From IMG/VR virus record IMGVR_UViG_3300046798_000046: 64,000 nt of DNA. One strand, written 5' to 3'. Positions 35,041 to 46,900 of this stretch are shown one piece after another; within the stretch, counting starts at the first letter, position 1, and the number at the start of each line of letters is the position of its first letter. The position numbers and the translations under genes were made by a program. This stretch comes from an uncultured virus (IMG/VR IMGVR_UViG_3300046798_000046) (taxonomy: Duplodnaviria; Heunggongvirae; Uroviricota; Caudoviricetes). The notes beneath the pieces are model-generated. The model did no database searches and had not been told where the DNA came from. It worked only from the letters and a program-made list of their open reading frames with translations.

Positions 35041-35462
35041 TACTGCCCGCCCTTCTTCGGCGCGGGCTTGGCCTCGACGAGCGGCGCGTACTTACCCGTC
35101 CCGCCATCGAACGTCATCCCGATCGGTGCGGCCTGCTTGACCGAGGCCAGGAGCACGGCTCGCTGGAGGTCGCTGACCTGCTTCGAGAGCGCGTCCCGCT
35201 CGTCCCGCAGGGACAGAATCTGCCACTGCGCGGTCGCGAGCGGCGACGGGTCGTTGTCCTTGTAGCCCACGAACGTCGCGGCCAGGACTGACTTGGGGAT
35301 GCAGGTCGGCGGGGCCGGGTCGGCCTCGACCTGGAGACAGACCCGCTCGACGGTCGCCTCCAGCGTCAGCGACTTGCCGGTCGATCCCGCGCCTTGCCCG
35401 GAGAGCGTGGCCGCCACGGCGATCACACACATCGCCGTGGCGGAATTGAGGAGTGGTTTCAT
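35040..35462 (-). CDS. Signal-peptide-bearing coiled-coil protein
   Basis: MKPLLNSATAMCVIAVAATLSGQ; GAGG SD. Confidence 0.6.
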   Translation of the reverse strand: MKPLLNSATAMCVIAVAATLSGQGAGSTGKSLTLEATVERVCLQVEADPAPPTCIPKSVLAATFVGYKDNDPSPLATAQWQILSLRDERDALSKQVSDLQRAVLLASVKQAAPIGMTFDGGTGKYAPLVEAKPAPKKGGQ

Positions 35463-35470
35463 GGGAGACC

Positions 35471-37273
35471 TCACCAGAGTTTGACCAACCAGAAGCGCCC
35501 CAGGTCATTGCGGAAGCCGATGCTCACGGCACTGTCGTGGTGCGCGACGACAGAAATCGAGTCCCCTGCCGCCAACTGCGCCCCGCAGGACGTGTTCAGA
35601 ATCGTCGTGCTGGGCACGAACGCGCCCTGTCCGCAGCCGGGAGTGATGGGCGCCCCATTTTTGTAGATGATGATCTCGACGAGGGTGGTGGTGTTGCCGC
35701 CCGTATCCACCCGCAAGCCTGAGACTCCGAAGAGATAGTAGCCCGCCGTGGGCACGTACAGCCCGCCGCTGGAATACACGTTGGTGTTGACCTCGTGTGT
35801 ATCCCACAGCAGCAGGACTGTCGTATTGGGCGCGACCAAGGTGCCACCCCCATTGCGCCCAGCGAAGCGCGTGTTGTTGGGGGAAGTGACGGTCCCGTTG
35901 ACGGTCAAGTCGCCATTGATGGCCGTCGCCGTGGCAACCGAGAGCGACTGGAGGGTGGCCGCCCCCGTCGTGTTCAGGGTCCCGGTCGTGGTGTTGCCCG
36001 CCACATTGATGTTGCCGCTGAGGGTCGCGGAAGCGAGGGTGGCGGCCCCGGTCACGTTCAGGGTCCCCGTCGTGATGTTGTAGGGGGTGCTGAAGTTGTG
36101 ATTGACCGTCACTGGCCCATTGAACGTGGCCCCGCCCGTGCCCACCGTCAGGGACCCGACGTTCGCGTTCTGCGTGACGGCGAAGTTGCGCCCTGCCGTC
36201 AGGTCGAGGGTGGCGTGAATACTGTTGCTGCTATTGAGGTCCCCGCCCACACCGAGCGCCCCCAAGACGGTCAGCGTGTTGCCTCGGAAGACGGAGTTCC
36301 CGCCCACGTCGATGCCGCCCGCGTCCAGAATGAGCGCCCCGCCGTACATGTTGACGTTGCCGGTCGTGTTGCTGACGGCGAACTTGTTCGAGACGGAGAA
36401 GACGCCGCCGACCGAGAAGTTCCCGTCCGTCCCTCCCGACGCCATGCTCACGCCGCCGTTGACGCGCAAGTTGCGACCAATCGTCGCGTCGGCCCCGGTT
36501 GTCATGCTGCCGTCGCCCAAGACGTACCAGATCGGAGTGCCCGCGTAGTTGTCCACCCGTAGGGCGAATTGCGCCGCGCTGCTGGCGGCTTCAATCAGGA
36601 CGCCGTGGCCGCCCGGGGCACCGTTCTGGAACACGCCCACGTACGCGCCCGCTTGGGAACTGACTCCCGAGATGGTTCCGCCAGAGACATTCCCCGCCGC
36701 CGAGATGGACCCCGGCGTATTCACGCCCGCCGTCGTGAGGCCCCCCGTCATGCTCATGGTGCCGTCCGCGTTGATGCGTGCCACCTCGTTGTTCGCGTTG
36801 TTGCGGACGGACAGGGCGTACTGCGAGCCGACGCCGCCCGAGGTGGCGAACCCGGCTCCGCTCGCGGACTGATTCCAGAAAAACCCCGCCGTCGCGCCCG
36901 GGAAATTCCCCGTGACCGTGATCGGCCCCGCGAACGTGGAGGCCCCAGTGCCGGTCACGGCCAGCGCGTTGAGCGAGGCCGTCCCGGTCGCCGTCAGGTT
37001 GGCGAAGGTCGCCGGGCCTGTGACCGCGAAGCTCCCGTTGATCTGCGCCGACCCGCTGATCGTGATCGTGCCGCTCGCGCTGATGGAACTGACCTGGATC
37101 GACCCGGCCTTGATGCCGCCCGTACAGGTGGACGAGTTGACCGCACAGCCGACATGGAGCGAGTCTGGCCCCGTGTCGGTTGTCGTCAGCGTCGTGAACG
37201 CGCCCGGACGCAGTTGCGCCCACGCCGGGCTGGCGACCAGGAGCGCAAGGAGCACCCACAGCGTGCGTTTCAT
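35471..37273 (-). CDS. Fibre/adhesin-like beta-repeat protein with N-terminal signal peptide and C1q-like C-terminal domain
   Basis: MKRTLWVLLALLVASPAWAQ; G/T/N-rich L.V.G repeats; VPTAGYYLF...IYKNG...QLAAGDSISV. Confidence 0.7.
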   Translation of the reverse strand: MKRTLWVLLALLVASPAWAQLRPGAFTTLTTTDTGPDSLHVGCAVNSSTCTGGIKAGSIQVSSISASGTITISGSAQINGSFAVTGPATFANLTATGTASLNALAVTGTGASTFAGPITVTGNFPGATAGFFWNQSASGAGFATSGGVGSQYALSVRNNANNEVARINADGTMSMTGGLTTAGVNTPGSISAAGNVSGGTISGVSSQAGAYVGVFQNGAPGGHGVLIEAASSAAQFALRVDNYAGTPIWYVLGDGSMTTGADATIGRNLRVNGGVSMASGGTDGNFSVGGVFSVSNKFAVSNTTGNVNMYGGALILDAGGIDVGGNSVFRGNTLTVLGALGVGGDLNSSNSIHATLDLTAGRNFAVTQNANVGSLTVGTGGATFNGPVTVNHNFSTPYNITTGTLNVTGAATLASATLSGNINVAGNTTTGTLNTTGAATLQSLSVATATAINGDLTVNGTVTSPNNTRFAGRNGGGTLVAPNTTVLLLWDTHEVNTNVYSSGGLYVPTAGYYLFGVSGLRVDTGGNTTTLVEIIIYKNGAPITPGCGQGAFVPSTTILNTSCGAQLAAGDSISVVAHHDSAVSIGFRNDLGRFWLVKLW

Positions 37274-37300
37274 GTTGACCTCTTTCTTGCCCGTCACAGT

Positions 37301-37975
37301 CTAGGCGATCCGGATCAGGGACAGGCCCCACACGAAGCCCACCCCGGCGCTCACCCGGACCTTGACGGCGTAGGTCTTGAACGCCCCGGTCGGCGGGAAC
37401 GTGATCCCGCCCGACTGCACCAGGACGCCGAGCGGGCTGGCCGTCGCCATCGTCACCATCGGCACATCCGGCGCATCCGTCAGATTGAACAACGCGGCCG
37501 AGACGGTGCCGCCGAGCGCGAACATCATGCCCTGGAGCGCGTAGGTGCCATCCTCGACGCTCGCGCTGTCAAAGATGACGAGCTTCGATCCGCCGTGGCA
37601 CTTGTCGAACGTCGCGCCCAAGGGGAACGTCAGGTCCGTGATCGAGTTGTTTTCGCCGCCCGCCATCTCCCGGCTGGACGACGTGCCGGTGACGGAGGCG
37701 CTCGTGGTCACGACGTTATCGACCGACCAGATCAGCACATCGCCCACGTCGTAGAGCACGAGCTTGTAGGCGGCGGGCTGGCCGAAGATCGTCGCCCGCC
37801 CCGCCGCATCCAGAATGACCGGGTTGCTGTTGGGGGTCAGCAGGTCCGCTTCCCGGTAGGTGGGCAGCGGCGAGGTCGAACCGGCGCGGTAGGTCCAGAG
37901 TTGCCCGCCCGCGAGCGGATCGCCATTGTCATCGAAGTACTGCACGACGCCATACGGCATCATCGATCCGGACAT
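37301..37975 (-). CDS. Podovirus tailspike head-binding-like adaptor
   Basis: QYFDDNGDPLAGGQLWTYRAGS..P..TY....TPNSNPVILDAAGRATIF N-terminus. Confidence 0.7.
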   Translation of the reverse strand: MSGSMMPYGVVQYFDDNGDPLAGGQLWTYRAGSTSPLPTYREADLLTPNSNPVILDAAGRATIFGQPAAYKLVLYDVGDVLIWSVDNVVTTSASVTGTSSSREMAGGENNSITDLTFPLGATFDKCHGGSKLVIFDSASVEDGTYALQGMMFALGGTVSAALFNLTDAPDVPMVTMATASPLGVLVQSGGITFPPTGAFKTYAVKVRVSAGVGFVWGLSLIRIA

Positions 37976-37988
37976 AGGGACCTCGCTT

Positions 37989-40900
37989 CTAATAGTGACG
38001 CGGGACCACTGGCGCCGAGGGCGTCGGCGTCGGCGGCATCCATTTCACAAAGGGCAGTGTAATCGCCGCGCGATACTTCGCCCGCAGCGCCACGCGATCG
38101 GCAGGGGCGGCTTTGGCAATCAGCGGCTCCTTGGATCGCAGGATCGCGCGCAGTGTGCCGCGTTCTTCCGGTGTGGCGACTTCGTAGACGTTCAACGCCC
38201 GGTCCAGGGCCAACTGCTTCACGCCGGACTGAAGCATGGTCATCCGGGCCGATCGGGTGGCCGCCCGAATCTGCGTCTTGGACAGCCCGCCTTCCTTCTT
38301 CAGTTCTGCGGCCTGGGCCTTGCCTTCGGGCGTGCCCGCCTGAAGCGCCCGTTTGATGGCGAACTTGGCGTCCGCGTCAATCTTTTGCGCCTCGGTGCGA
38401 TGAATCGATCCCCGGTAGTCGATGATCTTCTGTTCTGCCGCCGTGCGATCGACCTCCCCCGAGGCGTGGCCGATGCCGATGATGTCCTCGACGAACTGTT
38501 CGACGGGGGTGCCTTCGTCCCAGTCCCGCTTGAAGTTCTGGTACGTGATGGGCAGGGCGTTTTTGCCGATGGACTTCGCCACGTCGTAGGTCTGCTTCCA
38601 GATTGGGTCGTCCCAGTTATGCACTTCGGTCCCGGAGTAATCCTCATTCCGGATCACGTCCTCGATGATGCCCAGCCCCGGCGCGAGCTTGTGGCCGACC
38701 GTGATCCCGGCGGACCAGGGGAGCCGGTGGAAGAAGGAATACAAGTCCTTCGCGTACCCAGGCAGCGTGCGGCGCTTGCCCTCGCTGTCCTTGGGGTGGA
38801 ACACGTCCTTGAGGTCCTTGGTCGGCCCCTGGCCGTGCAGGAGCCATTGGTAGAGGTTCGAGAGATAGGCCGCCATCAGCAGGACGCCAATCGCCCAGCC
38901 CAGCCGCAGGGACAGCCAGTGCTCGGAGACCGTCTTGTAGATCGGGTGGCCCTTGCTGTCGATGCCGTCCTGGTACGTCAGCAAGGTGCGCTGGTTCGGC
39001 GCGAACTTCCGCACGTCCGTCACGGCCCCAGCAAAGCCCCGGAAGCTGCCGATGTTCCAGGTCGGCGAGAGCATCGCCGCACTCAGCACGTCGCGCATCG
39101 GCCGCGACCAGTGCAGGTTGTCCTTGACCATCTCCCCGAAGGCGTTGTCCACATGGTCCGAGACCTCGGTCGCCAGCCGCGCCAGCGTGTCCGGGTGCGG
39201 ATCCCCTGGCAGTTCTGCCAGCCGCCGTTCGAGCAGGTCGTAGTACACCGCGAGCTTCACGCGCGGGACGAACTTCTCCATGACCGGAATGGACGCGGCC
39301 TCGATGATGCCAGGGACGAGATGATAGAGACCGCTCCCGAAATCGCCCTTGGTGACCGAATCCCTCAGCTTCTGGTACGACTGGTTCACGTAGTCGCGCT
39401 CCATGTGGATGCGCTGCCCGCCCAGGATGATGCGCTTGGTGATTTCGTCCAGCATCACCTCGCCCGGCGCCACGTTCTTGTAGTGCTCCTGAAGCGTCTT
39501 GCCCCTCAGGTACAGCCGGTAGGCGTCGTAGGGGAACGTCGCCGTCCGGGCCGCGAGCTTGGCGGCTTCGCCCAGATTGCCCTGGAGCAAGGCCCGCAAC
39601 GATTCGCCCGCCCGGGTCGATCCGGTCTCGTTGATAATCGTGAGCGCGTGGAACCCGGAGAACGACAGGAGCACGCGGACAAGGTTGTTGTTGAACCACC
39701 GGTAGGCATCGAAGATGGCCGATTTCCCAGCCAGTCCCGGTCCCACGTAGTTGTTGGTGATCCGCGCCACTTCCGGCAGCGCCCAGTAGTGCCCGATCAG
39801 GATCGGCCCCGGGAGCCGCATCTCGTGTTCCCGACCCTGGAGCATGAGCGACCGCGTGTCCTGGAGCGTGATGAGCGGCTCGTATTCCGGGCGCTCGTCG
39901 GCCAGCGCCGTCAGCAGCGCAAAGGTCTGCGGGGCGACCTCCTGCATCTGTTCGGGCATGTAGATGAAGGCGTGGACCGCGTTCGCGACTTGCTCGCCGG
40001 GACGCCGCACGTACTCCTTGAACGCCTCGGGCACCGGTCCCGCGTCCGGAAAGCGCATGTCGCCCAGCACGCCCAGTTCGTCTTCGACCCCCGGTTGCGC
40101 CCGAAGTTGATCGCCGAGGTTGAACAACCGATCGAGGCCATGCCCAATCTCGTGCATTAGGGCGGTCTCGGGCGATCCGGCCTGCATCGAAATCTTGACC
40201 TTGCCGAGGCCATCCGAGGAGGTCGCGCCGAGCGTCTGGCTCTGTCCCGCCTTCCGCTCGTAGTCAATCCCCAGGTCGGAGACCCACTGCTCCAGCCCCT
40301 CCATGAGCGCCTTGTCGTAGGCTTCCCGGATGGTCACCTTCCCGGGCATGTAGATCGTCCCGGCCTTGTCGGTAATCCGGACCAGTCCCTTCGGGGCGCG
40401 TTTGTTGAGGCCGATGAACTTCCAGCCGCCCTGGGTGATTCCGCGCGATTTCGACCAGTTCTGGAACTCCCGGCCATGGATGAACTTCGCCATCTCGGCC
40501 ATCTTCATCAACTGGAGGTCGATGATGTTCCAGGTCGGCGGCTCCTGGCCGGTCGCCTCGACGCGATCCCGCGTCGTCGGGAAGGTGCGCTGCTTCAGGA
40601 ACGCCGCACTGCCTTCCAGGGGGCGCTTGATGCCCAGGTGCCGCTTGATCCACGCCAGTTCCGCCGGATCGTCACTCCACCGATTCCCGCGTGCGAGGTA
40701 GTGCTCGCGCCACTGGACCTCCAAGCCCAGCGCCTCGACCTGCGCCTTCAGCCGGGTGTAAATCTCGTTGATGGTCTTGAACGTCGGCTTGGCCCACTCG
40801 GGCACCGGATTCTGGGCGCTGGGATCCTCGATCGCATCCATCAGCGTCAGCACCGCCGCCGGATCGGTTTCCAACTGCACGAACGCCTTCCGCGCGGCCC

Positions 40901-43900
40901 ACAACTGCGCGACCGCATATTCGTAGGTGTGCGCCTGTTCAGCCCAGGACGCCCGTGCGGCCATCGAGGCCAACTGTCCGGCCAGCTTCCGCACGGTGGG
41001 CGAATAGAGGTCGATCAGCGCCCGGGCGGCCTTGCCCAGCCCAGCCTGCGCGGCCAGCACGGCGCGTTGCGCGGCGCCTGCCGTGGGGGTGCCGAGAGCG
41101 CGCACTTCATCGACGACGCCGCCGCCCTCGCTCTCCATGCGCGCGACCTCTTCGCGCGGCGAGTCGCCGGGTGCGACCTTCCCCAGCACCTCGTGACCGT
41201 CCACTCGGGCCTGGACGCGCTCGCGCACCTTGAGGCCCTCAGCCTTGGCCCACAACTCCTCGATGCGCTCGTTGTGTTCACCGGCGCCCATGACCCCGGC
41301 GCGGAAGGCGTCTCCCACCCGGACCATTTCGTTGGCGATCCGCCGCGCGTCGTCCTCCGGCGTGTTGGGGATCATGCCCAGGTCGATGCGGAGGTCGCGC
41401 ACACGCTCGGCCTTGTCGGCTAGTTCGGCGGCCTGCCCGAACTGCTTCGCTACAATCTCGCGATTGGTCTCCAGGTTCTTCTGGATCCGATCGACCCGCT
41501 GTTGATAGAGGGCCAGACTGGCCTTGACCTTGTCCGGGGTGGTTTCCCGGGTGATGAACCCGCGATAGTCCGGGGCGTGCGCGTCGGCCTTCGCCCAGGT
41601 CGTCGCGTTCGCCATGACGAAGTCGCCGATTTTCAGGTAGACGTTCGTCGCCTCCGCGCGATACAGCGTCTCCTGTCCGGCCTGGGAGATGGTGGATTTG
41701 TCCGCGATGATGTCGAACGGACCCGCCGTGCCGATCTTGACCGCGTTGTAGAGGTCGTGCTCGCCCAGCAGGGCTTCCATCGCCTCCTGGAGCGACTTGC
41801 GGCCCTCGGGCGTGGCGATGTCGTAGGCTCGGCCCTCGCCCTGCGTCATCATCCCGTAGCGGCCTTTGACCGCCGTCAGGATGGCACGCGGCGCTTTGGC
41901 CCACTCCAGCATCGCCGCCGACGCCTCTGTCAGCCGATCGACAATCGACTGGTACCCCGCCAGTTGGGCCTCGTCGAAGGCGATTTCCCGCTTGGCCGTC
42001 AGTTGGCGCTCGTTGAAGTTCCAGGACCGCGCCTGGAGACCGCGCAGTTCGCGATCCAGTTCCACCAGGGTCATGTGGCGATCGTCCCCAGTGCCGACCG
42101 CCGCAATCGTATCCAGGTCGATCTGGCGCGTGTCGTTGTCCGTCATGCTCGCCAGTTCGCCGCGCTTGAATGACGTGATGTTCCCGTTCTTGATCGAGAC
42201 GAGCTTCCAGCGATAGGCATCAAACGACCGCTTGGTGACGTACCGGACGATTTCGACTTCCGGGTTATCGTTGCCGTGCCGCAGGAACCGCGCGTCGGCC
42301 TGTTCCAGTTGATCGGGGCGCCAGGGCACGTCCAGGTGATGCACCGCAATGCCGCGCTTCTGGACGTTCAGGCCCACCCCGCCCTTCGATCGGGTGGCGA
42401 TCATGACGCGCACGCGCCCATCGTTCATGGCCTGATAGAGCGCCCCCAATTCGTGTGGTTCGGCTTGGTTCAAGAAGACAATTTCGTCGGCGCGCACCCC
42501 TTCCGCAATCAACCGGTCCTTCAGGTCCTGGTAGAGGTTCCGCATCCCTTCGTTTTCTTGGTCGAAGGCGGCCTGTTCCTCGTCCACATCCTCGGGATCG
42601 ACTTCTTCTTCCTCCTCCTCGATGACCGGCGTCAGCGTGGTGCCCGCCATGATGTGCGCGGGCAACCGTTCCAGGTCTTTCTTTTTCGGCACGCCAATGT
42701 CGAGGAACACCAACTGGGTGCCCAGGACATCGGTCGAGGCTTTGTAGCGTTGGGCAATTTCCCGCGCCGCCGTGGGGATTCGCCCCCGGGGATCGACCAC
42801 CGCGTTGGGGTCCACCAGCCGCATGTCGATCGCGGCCTTGCTCGCATCCGTGGTGATGAGCAGGGAGTTGTCGCCCGGGGTCTCGGGTTTGCCCGCCTTG
42901 ATGTTGTCGGCCCGCCGCTTCAAGGTCTCGCGGTAGTCCTCGAACTCGGGTGTCGGCTCGATGGCGACAATCGTCGCCTTCCCGTTCTTGATGTCGGGGA
43001 TCTTGATCTGCCCGGAGTCCACCAGATCCTTCGTCGTCACGACATCCGTGAACGACCGGTACAGCTTCGACAGTTCGCCCAGGTTCACCCAGTCCCGCAA
43101 CCGCAACCGCTCACGATACCGTCCGGTCGGATCGGGTTCCGACTCGACCCGCATCCCCGCGTAGTTGTTGCTCCAGCTATCGAACCCCGACATGCCCAGG
43201 CGATCCAGGACGGGCTGCGCCAGATACCGGAACACGGTGTAGACCTCGCTCATCGTGTTGGTGATGGGCGTGCCCGTGAGCGCCATGATGTTCCGGTTGC
43301 CGCTGGCCTGATTGACCAGCCGCAGCTTCAGGAACATATCCATCGCCTTGCCGGAATTGGACGACTTCAGCCCCGCCACGCTGCTGTGTTTCGTGCTGAA
43401 CATCAGGTTCTTGAAATTGTGGAACTCGTCGATGATGAGCGCATCGACCCCCAATTCCTCGAACACGACCGGAGAGTCCCGGGTCTGTTGATCCAGGCGC
43501 TTGGCGAGCCGGGTCCGCAGACTGAGGATCGCCCGCGCGATGTCCTTGACCGACTGCGGCGTCTGACTGCGCGGCCCGAAGAAGGCTTTGATGTCCTTGT
43601 CTTTCTTGGTGTTTTTGTCGCCCCAGCGCGTGACCAGATCATCGAACTGCGAGACCGACAGATTCGCCTGCTCGGCGGCTTCCAACAGGAGTTGCGTTTC
43701 CTGTTCCCGGACGAAGTTCCGCATCGTCTCGACCGACACGGCGATGCTCTCGAACTGCGTGTGGCCGATGATGATCGCGTCCCAGTTGTTGTTGGCAATC
43801 CGCGCGATGAGCGCCCGCCGGTTGGCCTTCTCAAAATCCGCCTTCGTCGTCACCAGGATCTTGGCCGCCGGGTACGCATCGAGGAACGCCGCCCGCCACT

Positions 43901-46900
43901 GGGGGACCAGCCCGTTCGGCACCGGCAACATGACCTTTTGCGCCAACCCCAGGCGTTTCAGTTCATTCGCCGCCACAATCCCGACCAATGTCTTGCCGCC
44001 GCCGACCGCGTGATCGACCAGCGTGTTGCCTGCCTGCAAGAAGCGCCACGCCGCGTTCTGCTGGCTGGGCCGCAGCGTGATGGCCGGATTCAGATTTGGC
44101 GTAATCATGCGGGACCCGTCGAACACCCGGGGGGCCTCGCGGTTGAACATGCTGTTGTAGATCCCGGTCAGTTGGTTGGCGGTGGCGGCATTGAGACTCC
44201 ACCAGCCATCCCAGGCTTCCCGCAACTGCTTGAGCGATTCCCGGTATTTGTCGGTCATCTCCTGATCCGGGCCGCGATCGTCGCCGGTCCCGGAATAGAT
44301 GATCGGCATCTTGTTGTCCAGGGCGTCCTGGAACCATTGCGTGAAATCGGCGAACTTCGGCAAGAACTCATGCCGCCCGCCAAAGCCCGACACGGTGTAG
44401 GCCACGACCGATTCGGCGTTGAGCTTGCGGACCTGGACCGTGGTGCCCGCCTGTTCCTGCGCGAACCGCTCATAGACCTCGACCGGCACGTAGGTCGCCC
44501 CGAGCGGAATCTCGAATTGGCCGGGCACAAGCGGCGTGGGCTGCACTTCCTTCAGCGCCGCGACATGCGCCGCGAACGCGGGGTCCACATCGGCCCGCGC
44601 TTCCGCCTGCGCGAGCTTGGTGACGACATCGCCGGACAGGTACGCATCGCGCGTCACGAACGTGTTCGTGACCGGGTCCTCGTACAACTCGCCGATCAAA
44701 TCCTGCGCGAGTTGCGCGTGGGGAATCCCTGAAATCTGGCTCATGTAGTCCAGATCGACATGCCCCCTCCAGGCCAAACTCTGGATCATGGCGTCGAGCG
44801 ACGAGGTGGCGACCTTGGCCTCGACCGGCGGGGCCAGGACCCGCTTGTCGAAGATGTCGGCTTTCCGGTCCAGTTCGTAGTCGTACCGGCCCTTGAGGTA
44901 CCCGCCCTGGCCGTCCGGGCGGGGGACCTTGCGAATGAACTCCAAGGCCAGTACGCGCGCCCCGTTCGGGTCGTCCTGAATGACCACGGCGTTGGTCGGC
45001 AGGTTGACCAGCCCATGCTGCGCGACAAAGGCGTCGTACTTCTGGAGCAGGACCTTTTGCGCCGCCTTCAGGGTGGGTTCGTCGGCCTGCACCCGCAGGG
45101 CATCGAGCACCGTTTGATAGGCGTCCCGGACGGGCAGGTACGTCTTCGCAATCGCCAGCGCCTTGCCTTTGAGCGTCGTCGGCTTCAGCGTGCCGCGATC
45201 GTGCGTGTAGAGCTTGCCGTCCTGGAGGACATACATGCCCTGCTTGGTGTCGATCGCCGCCCCGAAGTGGATGGCGCGCGGCGGCTCGGTCGAAGGGACA
45301 TAAATGTCCCTCGGCATCCGCTGAATCGTTTCGAGGAGCTTGTCGAGCGTGGGCGCCTTCTCGTCCACGGCTTCCACCGTGTAGGTCGGCACCCGTTCGG
45401 TCTTGCCGTTGGGGGTTTCGTTCCCCAGGACCATGTGGGGATTCGCCCCGTAGTACACGTTGGTGAACACCGACTCCGACTTGTTGCTGTACCGGTCGTA
45501 AATCTTGCCGATGTCGTCGTCCCGGTTACGGACATCCATCCACTGGCTCTCGGACGCGCTCGGCTTCTCCCCCGGCATTCGCTTCTGGAGGAAAATGATG
45601 TCCGTCACGACTTCCGTGCCTGCCGTCTTGTCGAAGGTCTCGCGGGGCATCCGGATGGCGCCGATCAACTTGGCGCGTTCGCCGATATAGCGCCGCACCG
45701 CATCGCTCTGGCTGTCCATCGTGTAGCGCGAGGTCACGAACGCGATGAGGCCGCCCGGACGGGCCACGTCCAGGGCCTTGGCGAAGTAGTAGTTGTGGAC
45801 GCTCTTGGTCATCAGCGCCTTGTCGGAGGCGGCAAAGCGCGGATCGAAGACCGGAATCCGTCCGAAGGGCACGTTCGAGATATGCACGTCCATGTAGCCT
45901 TCGGGCAGCATGGCGTCCTGGAGCGGGCTGTTCTGGATCTTCGCGCCTTGGTACAACTGGCGGGCGATCCCCGCCGCAATCGGTTCCTTCTCAATCCCAA
46001 AGAGCCGCGTCAAGGGATGGCCGATGATCTCGGCGGGCATGGTCCCGAAGAAGTGGCCGGTCCCAATGGCCGGTTCCAGGATGCTGCCGCCCTTGAACCC
46101 GAAATGCTGGATCGCCGCCCACAGCGCCCGTGGCAGGTCCGCAAACGAGTAATGCGCGTTGGGAGCCGACTCGCCCAGGTCCTGAAGTTCCTGCTTGGTC
46201 AGCAGGCTGTCCAGAAGCTGTCGCGCCTCCTTGTGCTTCGGGTCGCGAATATTGTCGATGCCCAGGAGGTCCACGACCGGGGCCAGATTCGTGTGCCCCC
46301 AGCCGATGTACTTCGCCAGGATCGCCTGCTCGATATTCGAGGCCGGACGCCCGGTGCGCTCCAGATCCTTCAGGAGCTTCAACGCCTCCAGGTTGTTGTT
46401 GAGCTTGGTGACCCACCCCCCGGCGGTGAGTTCCTTTTCGTCTTGGATCGTGAAGTGGCGCGGCGGTTCGCCTCGGGCGATGGCTTCGCCGACCGCCGGA
46501 TCTACAGCCGTGTCGGCGGGGTCCACATGGCTGGCTGCGTCAACTCCATCGCCTGTTCGAGGGGCAGGCCCTGGGCGCGCAGGTCGAGGTTGGCGACCAC
46601 CGCCCCGAACACCGCCGTCCGGACGGCGTTCTCCACCTGTTTGCGTCCCGCCTTGGACTGGTGCTGCCGTTTCAGCGCCGGGCTGTTCGCCAGCCAGTTC
46701 TCCAGGACCCGTTCCTCCAGGCCCACCAATGGGTGTTTCGCCGACACCGGTTCCGGCCGGTCCCCCTCCCGGTGTATCAGCTTCTTGTTCCGCTCCATGT
46801 TTGGCTCCCTTCAGGGCCTCCACCACGGAGACCGTCTCGCCCTTCAATTCTTCCCAGGCCATTTCCAGCATCCCGTCGAAGGCTCGCGCGCCAGCGCCGA

